Origin: an uncultured SAR86 cluster bacterium
Lineage (GTDB): Bacteria; Pseudomonadota; Gammaproteobacteria; Magnimaribacterales; D2472
Assembly: GCA_902558375.1 (NCBI GenBank)
Contig: CACEDQ010000003.1
Location: 25,493-89,492 of the forward strand
Reading direction: 5' to 3'
Length of the DNA stretch: 64,000 bases
The number at the start of each line of letters is the position of its first letter. Position 1 is the first letter of the stretch. Below are positions 1-9,531 of the stretch, one piece after another. The notes beneath the pieces were generated by a model. The model had not been told where the DNA came from. It saw only the letters and a list, made by a program, of their open reading frames with translations, and did no database searches. The position numbers and the translations under genes are program-made.

Positions 1-885
1 TCACAAATTCAATCATTATGCTCAGAAATTGAAGCGATAAAAGAGAATATTATTATTGCAGTAGATCAAGAGGGTGGAAGAGTCCAAAGGTTTAAAAATG
101 AATTTACTGTATTACCCTCCATGCAAGCTCTTGGTGATTATGCTATTGAAAAAAATAATATGGGAATATGTCATGAAATAGGGTGGCTGATGGCAAGCGA
201 GTTAATTGCTTCAGGGATAGACATAAGCTTTGCTCCAGTATTAGATGTAGATAGAGAAACTAGCAGCATTATTGGAAACAGGGCATTTTCAAATGACCCT
301 AAGGTGCTCACACAATTGGCAAGAAATTTTATCAATGGAATGAATGAGGCAGGCATGCAGGCTACTGGTAAGCATTTTCCTGGACACGGAGGTATATTTG
401 AAGATAGTCATATCTCTGAGCCTGTTGATACCAGATCATATGAAAAATTATTAGAGATTGATTTAAAACCTTTTATAGAGCTAAAAAATAATTTAGGCGC
501 GTTGATGACAGCTCATATAACTTTCCCAAAGATAGATGGCATTTGTGTGAGCTACTCAGATGTATGGATTAAAAAAATATTAAAAGAGAAACTAGCATTT
601 GAAGGAATAGTATTTAGCGATGATTTATCTATGAAAGGTGCAGGTGATTTCTCAATGGGTGAAAAAGCTATGAAATCAATCGAGGCTGGTTGCGATATGG
701 TCTTAGTTTGTAACGATTATGATGGAACAATAGATGTTATTGATGCTCTTGAAAAAAACGATGTCCAGATGTCAGCCAAAATTAAAGATTTAAAGAATTC
801 TGCAGATATCAATTGGAATGATTTAGAAAATCAAGATAGAGTTAAAGATATTAAAAATTTAATTAATAAAATGGGAAGAGCATGA
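1..885 (+). CDS. nagZ: beta-N-acetylhexosaminidase NagZ (GH3), 5'-partial
   Basis: Frame 1 is open from nt 1. It encodes ...VDQEGGRVQRF... upstream of the track's first Met and continues through KHFPGHGG...DSH. These are GH3/NagZ signatures. The true start lies outside the window. Confidence 0.85.
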   Translation, partial: SQIQSLCSEIEAIKENIIIAVDQEGGRVQRFKNEFTVLPSMQALGDYAIEKNNMGICHEIGWLMASELIASGIDISFAPVLDVDRETSSIIGNRAFSNDPKVLTQLARNFINGMNEAGMQATGKHFPGHGGIFEDSHISEPVDTRSYEKLLEIDLKPFIELKNNLGALMTAHITFPKIDGICVSYSDVWIKKILKEKLAFEGIVFSDDLSMKGAGDFSMGEKAMKSIEAGCDMVLVCNDYDGTIDVIDALEKNDVQMSAKIKDLKNSADINWNDLENQDRVKDIKNLINKMGRA

Positions 886-1406
886 TGAGAAGAATAATTA
901 CAGGCCATAACAGTGAAGGAAAATCTGTTATTACTCTAGATGGCCCTCCAGCAAGAACAATAGGTGAGGATGTTGGTGGTTTATTTGAGATATGGAATAC
1001 AGATGGGAATTTAATTGATACAACTGATTCTATTGATAGAGCTGATACTGATATTGTTTTATCTCCACCTGAAAATGGATCAAAATTTAGGTATTTTCAA
1101 ATAAATCCAACTCCGGAAGGCGTGCCAATAGAGATGATGCAAGAAATTGCAGCTGATGCATTTGAAAAAATAGGTGCTGCTCATCATAGAGTTGACACAT
1201 CAAAACATCCAGCGATGCATAAGACGGATACCATTGATTACATTATTTTATTAAAAGGAGATGTCACACTAATTTTAGACGAAGAAGAAGTAACTTTAGA
1301 ACCTCATGATGTGGTAGTTCAAAGGGGAACTAATCATGCATGGGTTAATAATGGAGATGAGCCAGCATTATTGATAGCTGTCTTAATTGATAGCGATCTA
1401 AAATAA
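882..1406 (+). CDS. cupin-domain protein
   Basis: 174 aa with a C-terminal beta-barrel-like segment (GDVTLILDEEEVTLEPHDVVVQRGTNHAWVN) typical of cupin_2. ATGA overlap with nagZ. Confidence 0.55.
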   Translation: MMRRIITGHNSEGKSVITLDGPPARTIGEDVGGLFEIWNTDGNLIDTTDSIDRADTDIVLSPPENGSKFRYFQINPTPEGVPIEMMQEIAADAFEKIGAAHHRVDTSKHPAMHKTDTIDYIILLKGDVTLILDEEEVTLEPHDVVVQRGTNHAWVNNGDEPALLIAVLIDSDLK

Positions 1407-3215
1407 TTAGAAGCTGATTGTCCCGTTATTAATTTGCTCATAGTTTTCACTAGTAAGCCTTGTGTAGCATTCACTTTTTGGTTCTCTGACAAATACTATA
1501 TCTTCATTAACCTTGTCTAAATGATAAGCCTCTTCTCTAAGATCGCCTTTCTTTAATTTAAATGTTCCTGTTGTTTCCAGTTCTTCAATAATTCTCACAA
1601 AAACAGGCCTAGCATAGAAAGGAAGTTTTTCATCAACGAAAGCTGAAAAAGCACTCCAATCAAAGGTATTAGGATCACAATTAAAGGCTACCATTCCAGC
1701 TCTGCCTTCACTATGAGGTACCTTAACCCCATAGACATTTGCCATATTAACTTGCTCAAACGAGTTAAGTATTTCACCAACCTCATTAGTGGATACATTT
1801 TCAGATTTCCATCTGAAAGTATCCCCAACCCTGTCTACAAATTGATAATGCTGTCTTCCAAGCGCAAAACCAACATCCATTTTTTTTAATAGGTCACCAG
1901 TATCAAACCAACGATCGCCGTCTTCAATAACATCTCTTTTCACTTTCTTTTCGCTAGCTTGAGCATCTGTATAGCCGTTATAGATTGCATTAGGACCAAT
2001 TTTTATTAATGCCAAACCTGGAGAATCATCTTTGACTTCTATATATTTTCCATTTTCATCCACTTTTAATTTATCCTCTGCAACATCATATTCAAATAAC
2101 CTAATATCAACATTTGTCATACCAATTGTTTGATCTTTATTTAAAAGATTCATGAACATACCGTTAGCCTCACTCGCACCATATATCTCACAAATTCTTT
2201 CAACATTAAATCTATTTCTAAAAGTATCCCAAAGATCTGGTCTTAAACCATTTCCAACCATTTTTGATATTGGGTTATTAACTTCTTCTGGACAAGATTC
2301 TTGAAAGCTTAGATATCTGCATAACTCACCAACATAAACAAAAGCAGTTGTATTGAATTTTTGAGCTTCTGGCCAAAAAGATGATGCAGAAAACTTACGT
2401 TTTATAAAAGTCGAAGCGCCAACTTTAATAGTGGCACAAAGACCAAGTATTAAACCAGTCGAATGATATAAAGGAAGGCAGTTATACATACAATCTTCAC
2501 TTGTCAGCCTATATCCAGCCATAGTGATGTTTGTAGAACCCGCTACAACTTTTACATTAGTAAATAATGCGGCTTTAGGCACTCCAGTTGTACCTGATGT
2601 AAATATGTAAAAAGCAGTATCACCAGCAACAACTTGATTTGTTTGTTCAAGATTAGCAGATTGGGACTGATCAATATTCTCAGTGATACTTGAAGCCCAC
2701 TCAGGACAGTTATTTGGACTAGTATCCTCAACCCAAAGCAGATCAGATGATTTAGTAATATTAATTTCAGATAAGACGCCTTCTAAAGATTCAGATAACT
2801 CATCTCCAAAAATACATTTTTTAGAATCAGATGTATTTATACAATGGACAAGAGGCTTTCCTGTAAGACTAGTATTAATTAAGACTCCAATCGCTCCTAA
2901 TTTATTAATTGCTATCAAAGAAATTACAAAATTAGGCCTATTCTCCATAAATAGAACAACTTTATCTCCATGCTCAATACCTTCATTTGCTAATTTATTT
3001 GCAAGAACGTTTGCAGCCTCATTTGTTTTTGAGTAGGTCCACACTTCATCTTCAAAATAAAGGAAATCTTTATCGCCGAATTCTTCAACTGTTTCTTGAA
3101 AAAGATGAGCAAGTGATGCATTTGAATCTAATTCAGGCCACTTATATCTAACCATTGGAATTATGTATCTAAGCTCAGATATAACTCTAAAGAATTCTTT
3201 TATGGAAGCTAGCAT
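1407..3215 (-). CDS. AMP-dependent acyl-CoA synthetase, FATP/very-long-chain type
   Basis: Carries the AMP-binding motif YIFTSGTTGVPKAA and the FATP-type motif GDTFRWKSENVSTNEV. 602 aa. Confidence 0.8.
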   Translation of the reverse strand: MLASIKEFFRVISELRYIIPMVRYKWPELDSNASLAHLFQETVEEFGDKDFLYFEDEVWTYSKTNEAANVLANKLANEGIEHGDKVVLFMENRPNFVISLIAINKLGAIGVLINTSLTGKPLVHCINTSDSKKCIFGDELSESLEGVLSEINITKSSDLLWVEDTSPNNCPEWASSITENIDQSQSANLEQTNQVVAGDTAFYIFTSGTTGVPKAALFTNVKVVAGSTNITMAGYRLTSEDCMYNCLPLYHSTGLILGLCATIKVGASTFIKRKFSASSFWPEAQKFNTTAFVYVGELCRYLSFQESCPEEVNNPISKMVGNGLRPDLWDTFRNRFNVERICEIYGASEANGMFMNLLNKDQTIGMTNVDIRLFEYDVAEDKLKVDENGKYIEVKDDSPGLALIKIGPNAIYNGYTDAQASEKKVKRDVIEDGDRWFDTGDLLKKMDVGFALGRQHYQFVDRVGDTFRWKSENVSTNEVGEILNSFEQVNMANVYGVKVPHSEGRAGMVAFNCDPNTFDWSAFSAFVDEKLPFYARPVFVRIIEELETTGTFKLKKGDLREEAYHLDKVNEDIVFVREPKSECYTRLTSENYEQINNGTISF

Positions 3216-3243
3216 GTCTATATCCCCCCGATATAGTTATAAA

Positions 3244-4308
3244 TTATTCAACAGATGTAATTATTATTTCATCCGAGTCTGTTGGTAATATTACCATAGT
3301 GCCATCATGAGAGGCAGTCCAGTTATCCATGATTTCATTGACACCTCTATACATAATATTTTCCATTAATTGGTTTCTTGGAGCTGGAAGGTGATGATAA
3401 AAAACTAAGTGACCCACATTTGCCTCTTGAGCAGCTTGAACAATTTCTGGAATAGGGGTGTGATAATCTTGAATATCTATAGTTACTTTTGCAGCCATTG
3501 TATTACCAATTCTTTTTGCATTTTTATTTATTAGATTTACAAGATCAAGGGACATAGATTCATGGAATAGAACATCAACATTTTTAGAATTATTAACTAG
3601 ATTTACATCATAGATAGTATCGCCACTTATACTTATAGATCTGTCTTTATAATCAATTCTATATCCTAATGCAGGATCAACAGGATCATGAGAAACACTA
3701 TATGCTGTAATTTTTAGATCCCCTTCATCAATTAATATAGGACTATCTAAATCAACAGTATGTGTATCAAAACCAGCCACCTCTAATGGAGCAACAGTAT
3801 CTCCATGATGCTCGTTTCTAAAAAAATAATCTTTTGTAAAAGCAAGTTCTATACCATCTGTAAGCATTTGAACCCCCTCAGGCCCATATACTTTTTGCTT
3901 AGACTTTCTTCCGCCATTAATCCAAGTTGCTTGATGAAAATCAGCGATATCAAAGATATGGTCAGAATGCAGGTGGGTATAAAATATTCCCTTAACCCTA
4001 TCCCATGGTGTATTCCAATCAGTAAGATTTTGAGCACTGCCTCCACCGGTATCAAATATAAAAATATTTTCTCCTGCTTGAACTAAAATGCATGTTTCAG
4101 CTCTGTCTGGTGCTGGAATAGGTGCTCTTGAACCACAAACTACCGCAGTCAAAGTATCTTTTTCTGGTAAATAAGATGAGGGAGCAGCTAAATTTTCTAT
4201 TGCTGATTCTAACAACTTGTCTTGAAAGGCAGGTTGCCTTAAAAGGATGAACACTGTTAATACTAATATAATTAGAATTATAAATAGATATTTTAAAAAC
4301 TTTTTCAT
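3244..4308 (-). CDS. MBL-fold metallo-hydrolase with N-terminal signal anchor
   Basis: HxHxDH motif (YTHLHSDH). I moved the start to ATG 4308 (MKKFLKYLFIILIILVL...), which is preceded by GGAG at 4315-4318. The track's longer N-terminus has no RBS support. Confidence 0.7.
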   Translation of the reverse strand: MKKFLKYLFIILIILVLTVFILLRQPAFQDKLLESAIENLAAPSSYLPEKDTLTAVVCGSRAPIPAPDRAETCILVQAGENIFIFDTGGGSAQNLTDWNTPWDRVKGIFYTHLHSDHIFDIADFHQATWINGGRKSKQKVYGPEGVQMLTDGIELAFTKDYFFRNEHHGDTVAPLEVAGFDTHTVDLDSPILIDEGDLKITAYSVSHDPVDPALGYRIDYKDRSISISGDTIYDVNLVNNSKNVDVLFHESMSLDLVNLINKNAKRIGNTMAAKVTIDIQDYHTPIPEIVQAAQEANVGHLVFYHHLPAPRNQLMENIMYRGVNEIMDNWTASHDGTMVILPTDSDEIIITSVE

Positions 4309-4443
4309 CAAATTCTCCAGTTTTATTAAATAGTACACCTCGCGACATACCGTGTATATTAAATTGCTTGTAACTACGTTGTGCAAAAAAACTCAATGAA
4401 CTAATATAGATGTCTATTTTTACTATCTATTAAGGGGATAAAC

Positions 4444-5613
4444 ATGAGCGATGTTAAAGAATACGATTTTGTAGTATTTGGAGCTACAGGCTTTACTGGT
4501 AAATTAGTTGTTGAATATCTAGTAGAAAAATATAGCAATAATTCTGAAATTAGTTGGGCTTTAGCGGGTCGAAATCTGGAAAAACTAGAAACAGTTGCTA
4601 CCTCTAAAAATGTTCCTGAAGATACTGGACTACTTGTGGTTGATAGTAATGATATTGCAAGCATTGAGGAAATGGTTTCAAAAACAAGATGTGTATTAAC
4701 CACTGTTGGTCCATATCAGCTATATGGCAATGATATCGTTGCAGCATGTGCAAAATATGGAACAGATTATGTCGATTTATGTGGTGAACCTGGATGGATG
4801 CATGAAAAAATTAATGAGCTGAGTGATGTGGCAAAAGAATCTGGATCAAGAATAGTTTTTTCATGTGGATTTGATAGTATTCCTTTTGATTTAGGCGTTC
4901 TATTTTTACAAAATGAAGTTATAAATAGATATGGTAAACCCTCTTCAAATGTTAGAGGCAGAGTTAGAGGAATGAATGGTGAATTTTCTGGAGGTACTGC
5001 CGCATCCCTTGGCGCCACTATGGCAGCCCTAAAAGAAAAGCCCGAACTTTTTGCAGTTTTAGCCAATCCATTTGCACTTTCAAACGGCTTTACTGGACCT
5101 GAGCAACCAGCTGACAACAAGCCTATTCTTGATGAAAAATTAGATACATGGGTAGCTCCATTTTTTATGGCACCAATCAACACTAAAAATGTTCATAGAT
5201 CTAATATGTTGATGAATCATATGTATGGTGAGGATTTTTGTTACAACGAAATGTGGGTTATGGGTTCAGGTGATGAAGGCAAAGCTGCAGCAGACTTTAT
5301 TTCTTCATCCAACCCTTTAAGCGATGCACCAAAACCTGGTGAAGGTCCATCAAGAGAATCTAGAGAGAACGGAAATTATGATGTTTTATTTTGTGGAGAC
5401 ATAAATGAAGAAAGTGTTCATGTTTCTGTAGCTGGCGATATGGACCCTGGTTACGGCTCAACTTCCAAGATGATTACTGAGAGTGCAATATGTTTAGTAA
5501 AAGAATGTGAAGATCTTGCAGGAGGCATTTACACGCCAGCACCCTCAATGGGAACAAAACTTATTAAAAGATTGCAAGACAATGCTGGATTAATATTTAA
5601 AGTTGAGAATTAA
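4444..5613 (+). CDS. saccharopine dehydrogenase-like NAD(P)-binding oxidoreductase
   Basis: N-terminal Rossmann motif VVFGATGFTGKLV. Length and overall pattern match the saccharopine dehydrogenase/trans-acting enoyl reductase family. AAGGGGA lies upstream. Confidence 0.65.
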   Translation: MSDVKEYDFVVFGATGFTGKLVVEYLVEKYSNNSEISWALAGRNLEKLETVATSKNVPEDTGLLVVDSNDIASIEEMVSKTRCVLTTVGPYQLYGNDIVAACAKYGTDYVDLCGEPGWMHEKINELSDVAKESGSRIVFSCGFDSIPFDLGVLFLQNEVINRYGKPSSNVRGRVRGMNGEFSGGTAASLGATMAALKEKPELFAVLANPFALSNGFTGPEQPADNKPILDEKLDTWVAPFFMAPINTKNVHRSNMLMNHMYGEDFCYNEMWVMGSGDEGKAAADFISSSNPLSDAPKPGEGPSRESRENGNYDVLFCGDINEESVHVSVAGDMDPGYGSTSKMITESAICLVKECEDLAGGIYTPAPSMGTKLIKRLQDNAGLIFKVEN

Positions 5614-6032
5614 TGATCAAAGAGAACATCAAAAAATGGCATGATCTTATAAAGGGAGATTACTCTGGAGGATTTGATGAGCTCTTGGATGATGATGTTA
5701 GTTTTTATTCTCCTATAGTTTTTTCTCCGCAAAGAGGAAAAGAGCTTACAACTTTATATCTTATGGCAGCTGGAAATACATTTGGTGGTGACCAATCTAT
5801 AGATGGAACCCTTGAAGAATCTAGTTTCAAGTATACAAAAGAAGTTTTGGACGGCAATCAAGCAGTATTAGAGTTTGAAACTCAAATCGATGGCAAATAT
5901 GTTAACGGCGTTGATATTATTACTTTTAATGATGAAGGAAAAATTATTGAATTTAAAGTAATGATAAGACCTCTTCAGGCTGTAAATATCATTCATGAAA
6001 AAATGCAAGATATGCTAAAGCAATTAAAATAA
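5613..6032 (+). CDS. NTF2/SnoaL-like small protein
   Basis: 139 aa with an alpha+beta cone-like pattern. ATGA-coupled to the upstream oxidoreductase. The family call is weak. Confidence 0.4.
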   Translation: MIKENIKKWHDLIKGDYSGGFDELLDDDVSFYSPIVFSPQRGKELTTLYLMAAGNTFGGDQSIDGTLEESSFKYTKEVLDGNQAVLEFETQIDGKYVNGVDIITFNDEGKIIEFKVMIRPLQAVNIIHEKMQDMLKQLK

Positions 6033-6383
6033 ATGAGTGCATTCAAGATTTTTCATAATTCAAGATGCAGCAAATCAAGACAAGCTCTTCGAATACTTCA
6101 AGACAATAACTGTGATATTGAAATTATTAACTATCTTGAGACAGAACTAGATGTATCTCTGATTAAAGATGTCTTAAAAAAATTGTCTTTAAAACCAAGA
6201 GATATTTTAAGAACAAGCGAGCAGGACTACAAAGACAACAATCTAAAAGAAGATAATTTATCTGATGATGATCTAATTGACTACATGATCAAATATCCTA
6301 AATTGATTGAGAGACCTATTGTAATTAAGGGACACAAGGCTGTTTTAGGAAGGCCACCAGAAAATGTGTTTGAACTAATCTAG
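6033..6383 (+). CDS. ArsC/Spx-family reductase-like protein
   Basis: N-terminal FHNSRCSKSRQAL motif and C-terminal IERPIV are typical of the glutaredoxin-type ArsC/YffB family. 116 aa. Confidence 0.75.
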   Translation: MSAFKIFHNSRCSKSRQALRILQDNNCDIEIINYLETELDVSLIKDVLKKLSLKPRDILRTSEQDYKDNNLKEDNLSDDDLIDYMIKYPKLIERPIVIKGHKAVLGRPPENVFELI

Positions 6384-6767
6384 TTCGCCGTCTTTCCTTA
6401 ATTTTTCTCTTATTTTTGTTGCACTTATATTAGTTATTGATTCTTCAAAAATTTCTTCTTCAAAGACATAGCCAACACCGCGACCATAAGATATATTTAC
6501 TATGTTTGGAACAAGCATAATTTCATATTCCATACCTTTTTTAAACCCATCCCTAGATAAACCTTCTTCTATATTTTTACAAACGGTTTCCCAATCAAAA
6601 GGATTGTCATCTTGACCACTTCCACCTGATGATCCTTGAACATCTCTCACTTGAATAATGACTTGACCAGTTTTTGCAACACATCGTTTAAATAGCTCTT
6701 GATGGCCTTGGTGCCATGGTTGCCATCTGCCTAGCATTTGAACAGTTGGTTTTTTCCAATCAAACAT
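6375..6767 (-). CDS. minimal (130 aa) HxGH cytidylyl/adenylyl-transferase superfamily protein
   Basis: GRWQPWHQGH ((H/T)xGH motif) near the N-terminus and ISATKIREKL (ISxTxxR motif) near the C-terminus. TagD-like size. 8-nt overlap with the upstream kinase-like gene. Confidence 0.6.
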   Translation of the reverse strand: MFDWKKPTVQMLGRWQPWHQGHQELFKRCVAKTGQVIIQVRDVQGSSGGSGQDDNPFDWETVCKNIEEGLSRDGFKKGMEYEIMLVPNIVNISYGRGVGYVFEEEIFEESITNISATKIREKLRKDGELD

Positions 6768-7170
6768 TTTTTAATATCTCTTTAGCTATGTTGTGATGAT
6801 TGGTGTCATTCATTTCAGTAATGTGAAAATTAACCTCTTTTGGTTCTTCAAACATTTTATTAGTATCCTCAAATCTGCCTTCTGATATTGTATTCATCCA
6901 TATTGTTATGTCGGGATCAAAGTTAGCTCTGGTTTCAGCAGTAGGGCAAACAAAATCACATATAACGTATCTGTTATTGCTTTTTTCAAAGTCTGCAAAA
7001 GTTTTCATTCTCATGCTTTGTCTAATTCTTCCTTCAGAAGAGAAATCCCAATCATTTGCCATATTTCTTACAACGTCAGCGTTATACCATGCAGCATCTA
7101 TAAGGGGCTGAAGGCGTTCAGCTAGATAGGTTTTACCACTTCCTGGAAGGCCCATGATTAAGATTTTCAT
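6760..7170 (-). CDS. truncated APS-kinase-like P-loop kinase (136 aa)
   Basis: Walker A motif GLPGSGKTYLA. YNADVVRNMANDWDFSSEGRIRQ resembles the APS kinase motif LDGDNxR..L..DLGFS..DR.ENxRR. The start lies 2 nt after the methyltransferase stop. Confidence 0.55.
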   Translation of the reverse strand: MKILIMGLPGSGKTYLAERLQPLIDAAWYNADVVRNMANDWDFSSEGRIRQSMRMKTFADFEKSNNRYVICDFVCPTAETRANFDPDITIWMNTISEGRFEDTNKMFEEPKEVNFHITEMNDTNHHNIAKEILKNV

Positions 7171-7172
7171 AA

Positions 7173-8270
7173 TTATCTGATTTTTTTAATGCTAAAAATT
7201 TCGTTCTTAAAATACATTTTATCTTCTTTGCTAATAGCAGTCTTGATTTTTTTTTGTGCTGCAGGTGATTTTTCTATTTCTTGAATTTCTTTTTCAGGAA
7301 TTTGGCCTATATACAATATGTTTGCCCATTTGGCATCTACGCCATGACCAAATAACTCAGAAACTGTTTGATCAGGACTCCTTTTAAAGTTAAAGGTATA
7401 AAATTTTGGTTTTGAGTAAGAGTATTTATTATTTTCACCCACTGGATTATTTTTTAGGTACTCAATAATATCTTTTGCATTATTAGGGAAGGGGTCTTTT
7501 TCTTTCCATGCAACTTTGATAATTTTTTCTACTGTATCACCTCCACATGAATGTGTTACAAGCAATCTTCCTGATTTATTCAATAATCTCATTAAAGGAG
7601 CAATTACATTATTTACTTTAGTTTTTACTAATGATGCCGCTCTATATGCCTGTGAAGCGATAATCAAATCATAATTATTATTCTCATAATCATTATCTAG
7701 GAACGGTTCAAGATATCTCTTATGATCTTCTCTATAAATTCTTATTATGCAAGGATGGGCATATGAAGTTCGTGATTTATTATCAATTTCAATACCCCAG
7801 TATTTTTTAATAAAGTTATTTAATTTATTAATTTGATTATGAAAATCATAAGAATTATCTTCTTTAAGAATTAGAGTATAGGTTTTAACTTTCTTATTCT
7901 TAATTTTATTATTGTTTTCAATATGACCAAGCTCAGAAAACTTTACATTAGTCATAGTCACCAATAAGTTTGGATGCTCTACAAACCTATCTGGCATTTT
8001 TTCAAGAGTATTTTTTAAATCCTCATAACTTATTTCTTTACCTGTAATTAACAATGAAGTGTATGGATGATGTTTATGGAATGTTTTAATAACATTAGAT
8101 TTAACAGTTCCATCCCCAGTTCCAGCATCAAGAATTCTTAAAAAAGTTCTATTTTTTGGCATGGATGCTATGAAAGGTGCAAGCTCCATAGATATAGCTC
8201 TTTTTTCACTTGTATTTTGTATAAATGACAAGTACTTCAACCTGTCATCAAAGAATCTTTTTTTTCCCAT
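7173..8270 (-). CDS. class I SAM-dependent methyltransferase, unknown substrate
   Basis: Motif I ILDAGTGDGT, and an acidic post-I region (ITGKEISYEDL). The N-terminal helical segment and the NVKF motif resemble small-molecule N-methyltransferases; this comparison is from memory only. AGGGG RBS present. Confidence 0.5.
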   Translation of the reverse strand: MGKKRFFDDRLKYLSFIQNTSEKRAISMELAPFIASMPKNRTFLRILDAGTGDGTVKSNVIKTFHKHHPYTSLLITGKEISYEDLKNTLEKMPDRFVEHPNLLVTMTNVKFSELGHIENNNKIKNKKVKTYTLILKEDNSYDFHNQINKLNNFIKKYWGIEIDNKSRTSYAHPCIIRIYREDHKRYLEPFLDNDYENNNYDLIIASQAYRAASLVKTKVNNVIAPLMRLLNKSGRLLVTHSCGGDTVEKIIKVAWKEKDPFPNNAKDIIEYLKNNPVGENNKYSYSKPKFYTFNFKRSPDQTVSELFGHGVDAKWANILYIGQIPEKEIQEIEKSPAAQKKIKTAISKEDKMYFKNEIFSIKKIR

Positions 8271-8376
8271 ATTTTGCCCCTAATTCTTATCATATATTAT
8301 TTTTTAGATTGCTCAATAATCCATTTACGAACGGAATATTTTGAGATTAAAATAATCTTTTTTGGGGAGAAAACTA

Positions 8377-9531
8377 ATGAAAGAAACCAAGTTACCTTTA
8401 TTAATTGGAATTGGCTCAAGGATAAGAAAATCACCTTATTTTGATTCAACAATCAAGTATGGCGTTACTGGATTTACTGTATATAACAAGATGTATCTTC
8501 CATCATCATTTTCTGGGCCTGAAAGTGAATATAGTAGCTTAATAAATGATGTTACTTTCGGTGATTTTGCAGCAGAGAGACAAGTTGAAGTTTCTGGTCC
8601 TGATGCTTATAACTTTATTAGATATATAAATCCAAGAAATTTATCTAAATGTGAAATCGGTGATTGTAAATATATTGTTTTAACTGATAAAGATGGTGGA
8701 ATTATTAATGATGCATGTTTATTAAGACTTGAGCCGAATAAATTTTGGGTTTCTCCAGGAGATGGTGATGTCTTGCTCTGGTTGCAAGGTATAGCAATTA
8801 ATTCTGGTATGGATGTAGATATTCATGAGCCAGATGTTTCTCCTCTTCAAATTAGCGGCCCAAAAGCTGGAAAATTAATCCAAAAACTATTTAATGGTAT
8901 TCATGATGATCTGGGCTATTACAAGGCCAGAGAGACATCTTTAAATAATATACCTATGGTTATTGCTAGAACTGGTTGGAGTGGCGAACTTAGCTATGAG
9001 TTATATCTACAAGATAGAAAAAAGGGTGATGAATTATTTGAAATAGTTCATGAAGCAGCAAAAGAGTTCAATGGTGCTGTTATTGCTCCAAATACAATAA
9101 GAACCATTGAGGGAGGATTGCTCTCCTATCAAAGTGATTTTAGTCGTGAGCATAATCCTTTTACTATTGGTTTGGATAGACTTGTAGACCTAGATCAAAA
9201 CATTGATTTTATTGGTAAAGAAGCTTTAAAGAAAATCAAATCGGAGGGTATCTCAGAAAAATTGGTTGGAGTAGAAATAGATGGCGATCCGATACAAAAG
9301 GTGCCTGAAAATTTTTGGCCAGTATTTGATGAAAATCATAAAAAAATTGGAAGGCTTTCTAGATGTTTTTTTTCGCCAAGACTTAAGAAAAATATTGGCC
9401 TCGCTATCATTGATATTAATTTTGTTGAACCAGGCACACCCTTAGTAATAGAGTCACCCAAAGCACATTTAAATGCACAAGTTCATGAATTACCATGGTT
9501 TCCTGCCGAAAAAAGTACTAATCTAGATTAA
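8377..9531 (+). CDS. dmdA: aminomethyltransferase (GcvT) family protein, DmdA-like (candidate DMSP demethylase)
   Basis: RIRKSPYFDSTIKYGVTGFTVYNKMYLP..., ERQVEVSGPDA..., and HEPDVSPLQISGPKA... GWSGELSYELY resemble DmdA rather than canonical GcvT N-termini. Start set at ATG 8377, after GGGGAGA at 8364-8370. Confidence 0.6.
   Translation: MKETKLPLLIGIGSRIRKSPYFDSTIKYGVTGFTVYNKMYLPSSFSGPESEYSSLINDVTFGDFAAERQVEVSGPDAYNFIRYINPRNLSKCEIGDCKYIVLTDKDGGIINDACLLRLEPNKFWVSPGDGDVLLWLQGIAINSGMDVDIHEPDVSPLQISGPKAGKLIQKLFNGIHDDLGYYKARETSLNNIPMVIARTGWSGELSYELYLQDRKKGDELFEIVHEAAKEFNGAVIAPNTIRTIEGGLLSYQSDFSREHNPFTIGLDRLVDLDQNIDFIGKEALKKIKSEGISEKLVGVEIDGDPIQKVPENFWPVFDENHKKIGRLSRCFFSPRLKKNIGLAIIDINFVEPGTPLVIESPKAHLNAQVHELPWFPAEKSTNLD

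Noticed and set aside
2683-3036. 117-aa ORF antisense to the acyl-CoA synthetase
   Set aside because: It is a shadow ORF inside a 602-aa gene that has clear AMP-binding motifs.
4097-4703. Two ~100-aa minus-strand ORFs (4097-4396 and 4401-4703) around the MBL-hydrolase/oxidoreductase promoter region
   Set aside because: Both overlap the 5' ends of better-supported genes in other frames and show no RBS or motifs. The real intergenic spacer is only about 135 bp (4309-4443).
4767-5183. 138-aa ORF antisense to the saccharopine dehydrogenase-like gene
   Set aside because: It is fully embedded antisense in a better-supported CDS, and its translation has no motif content.
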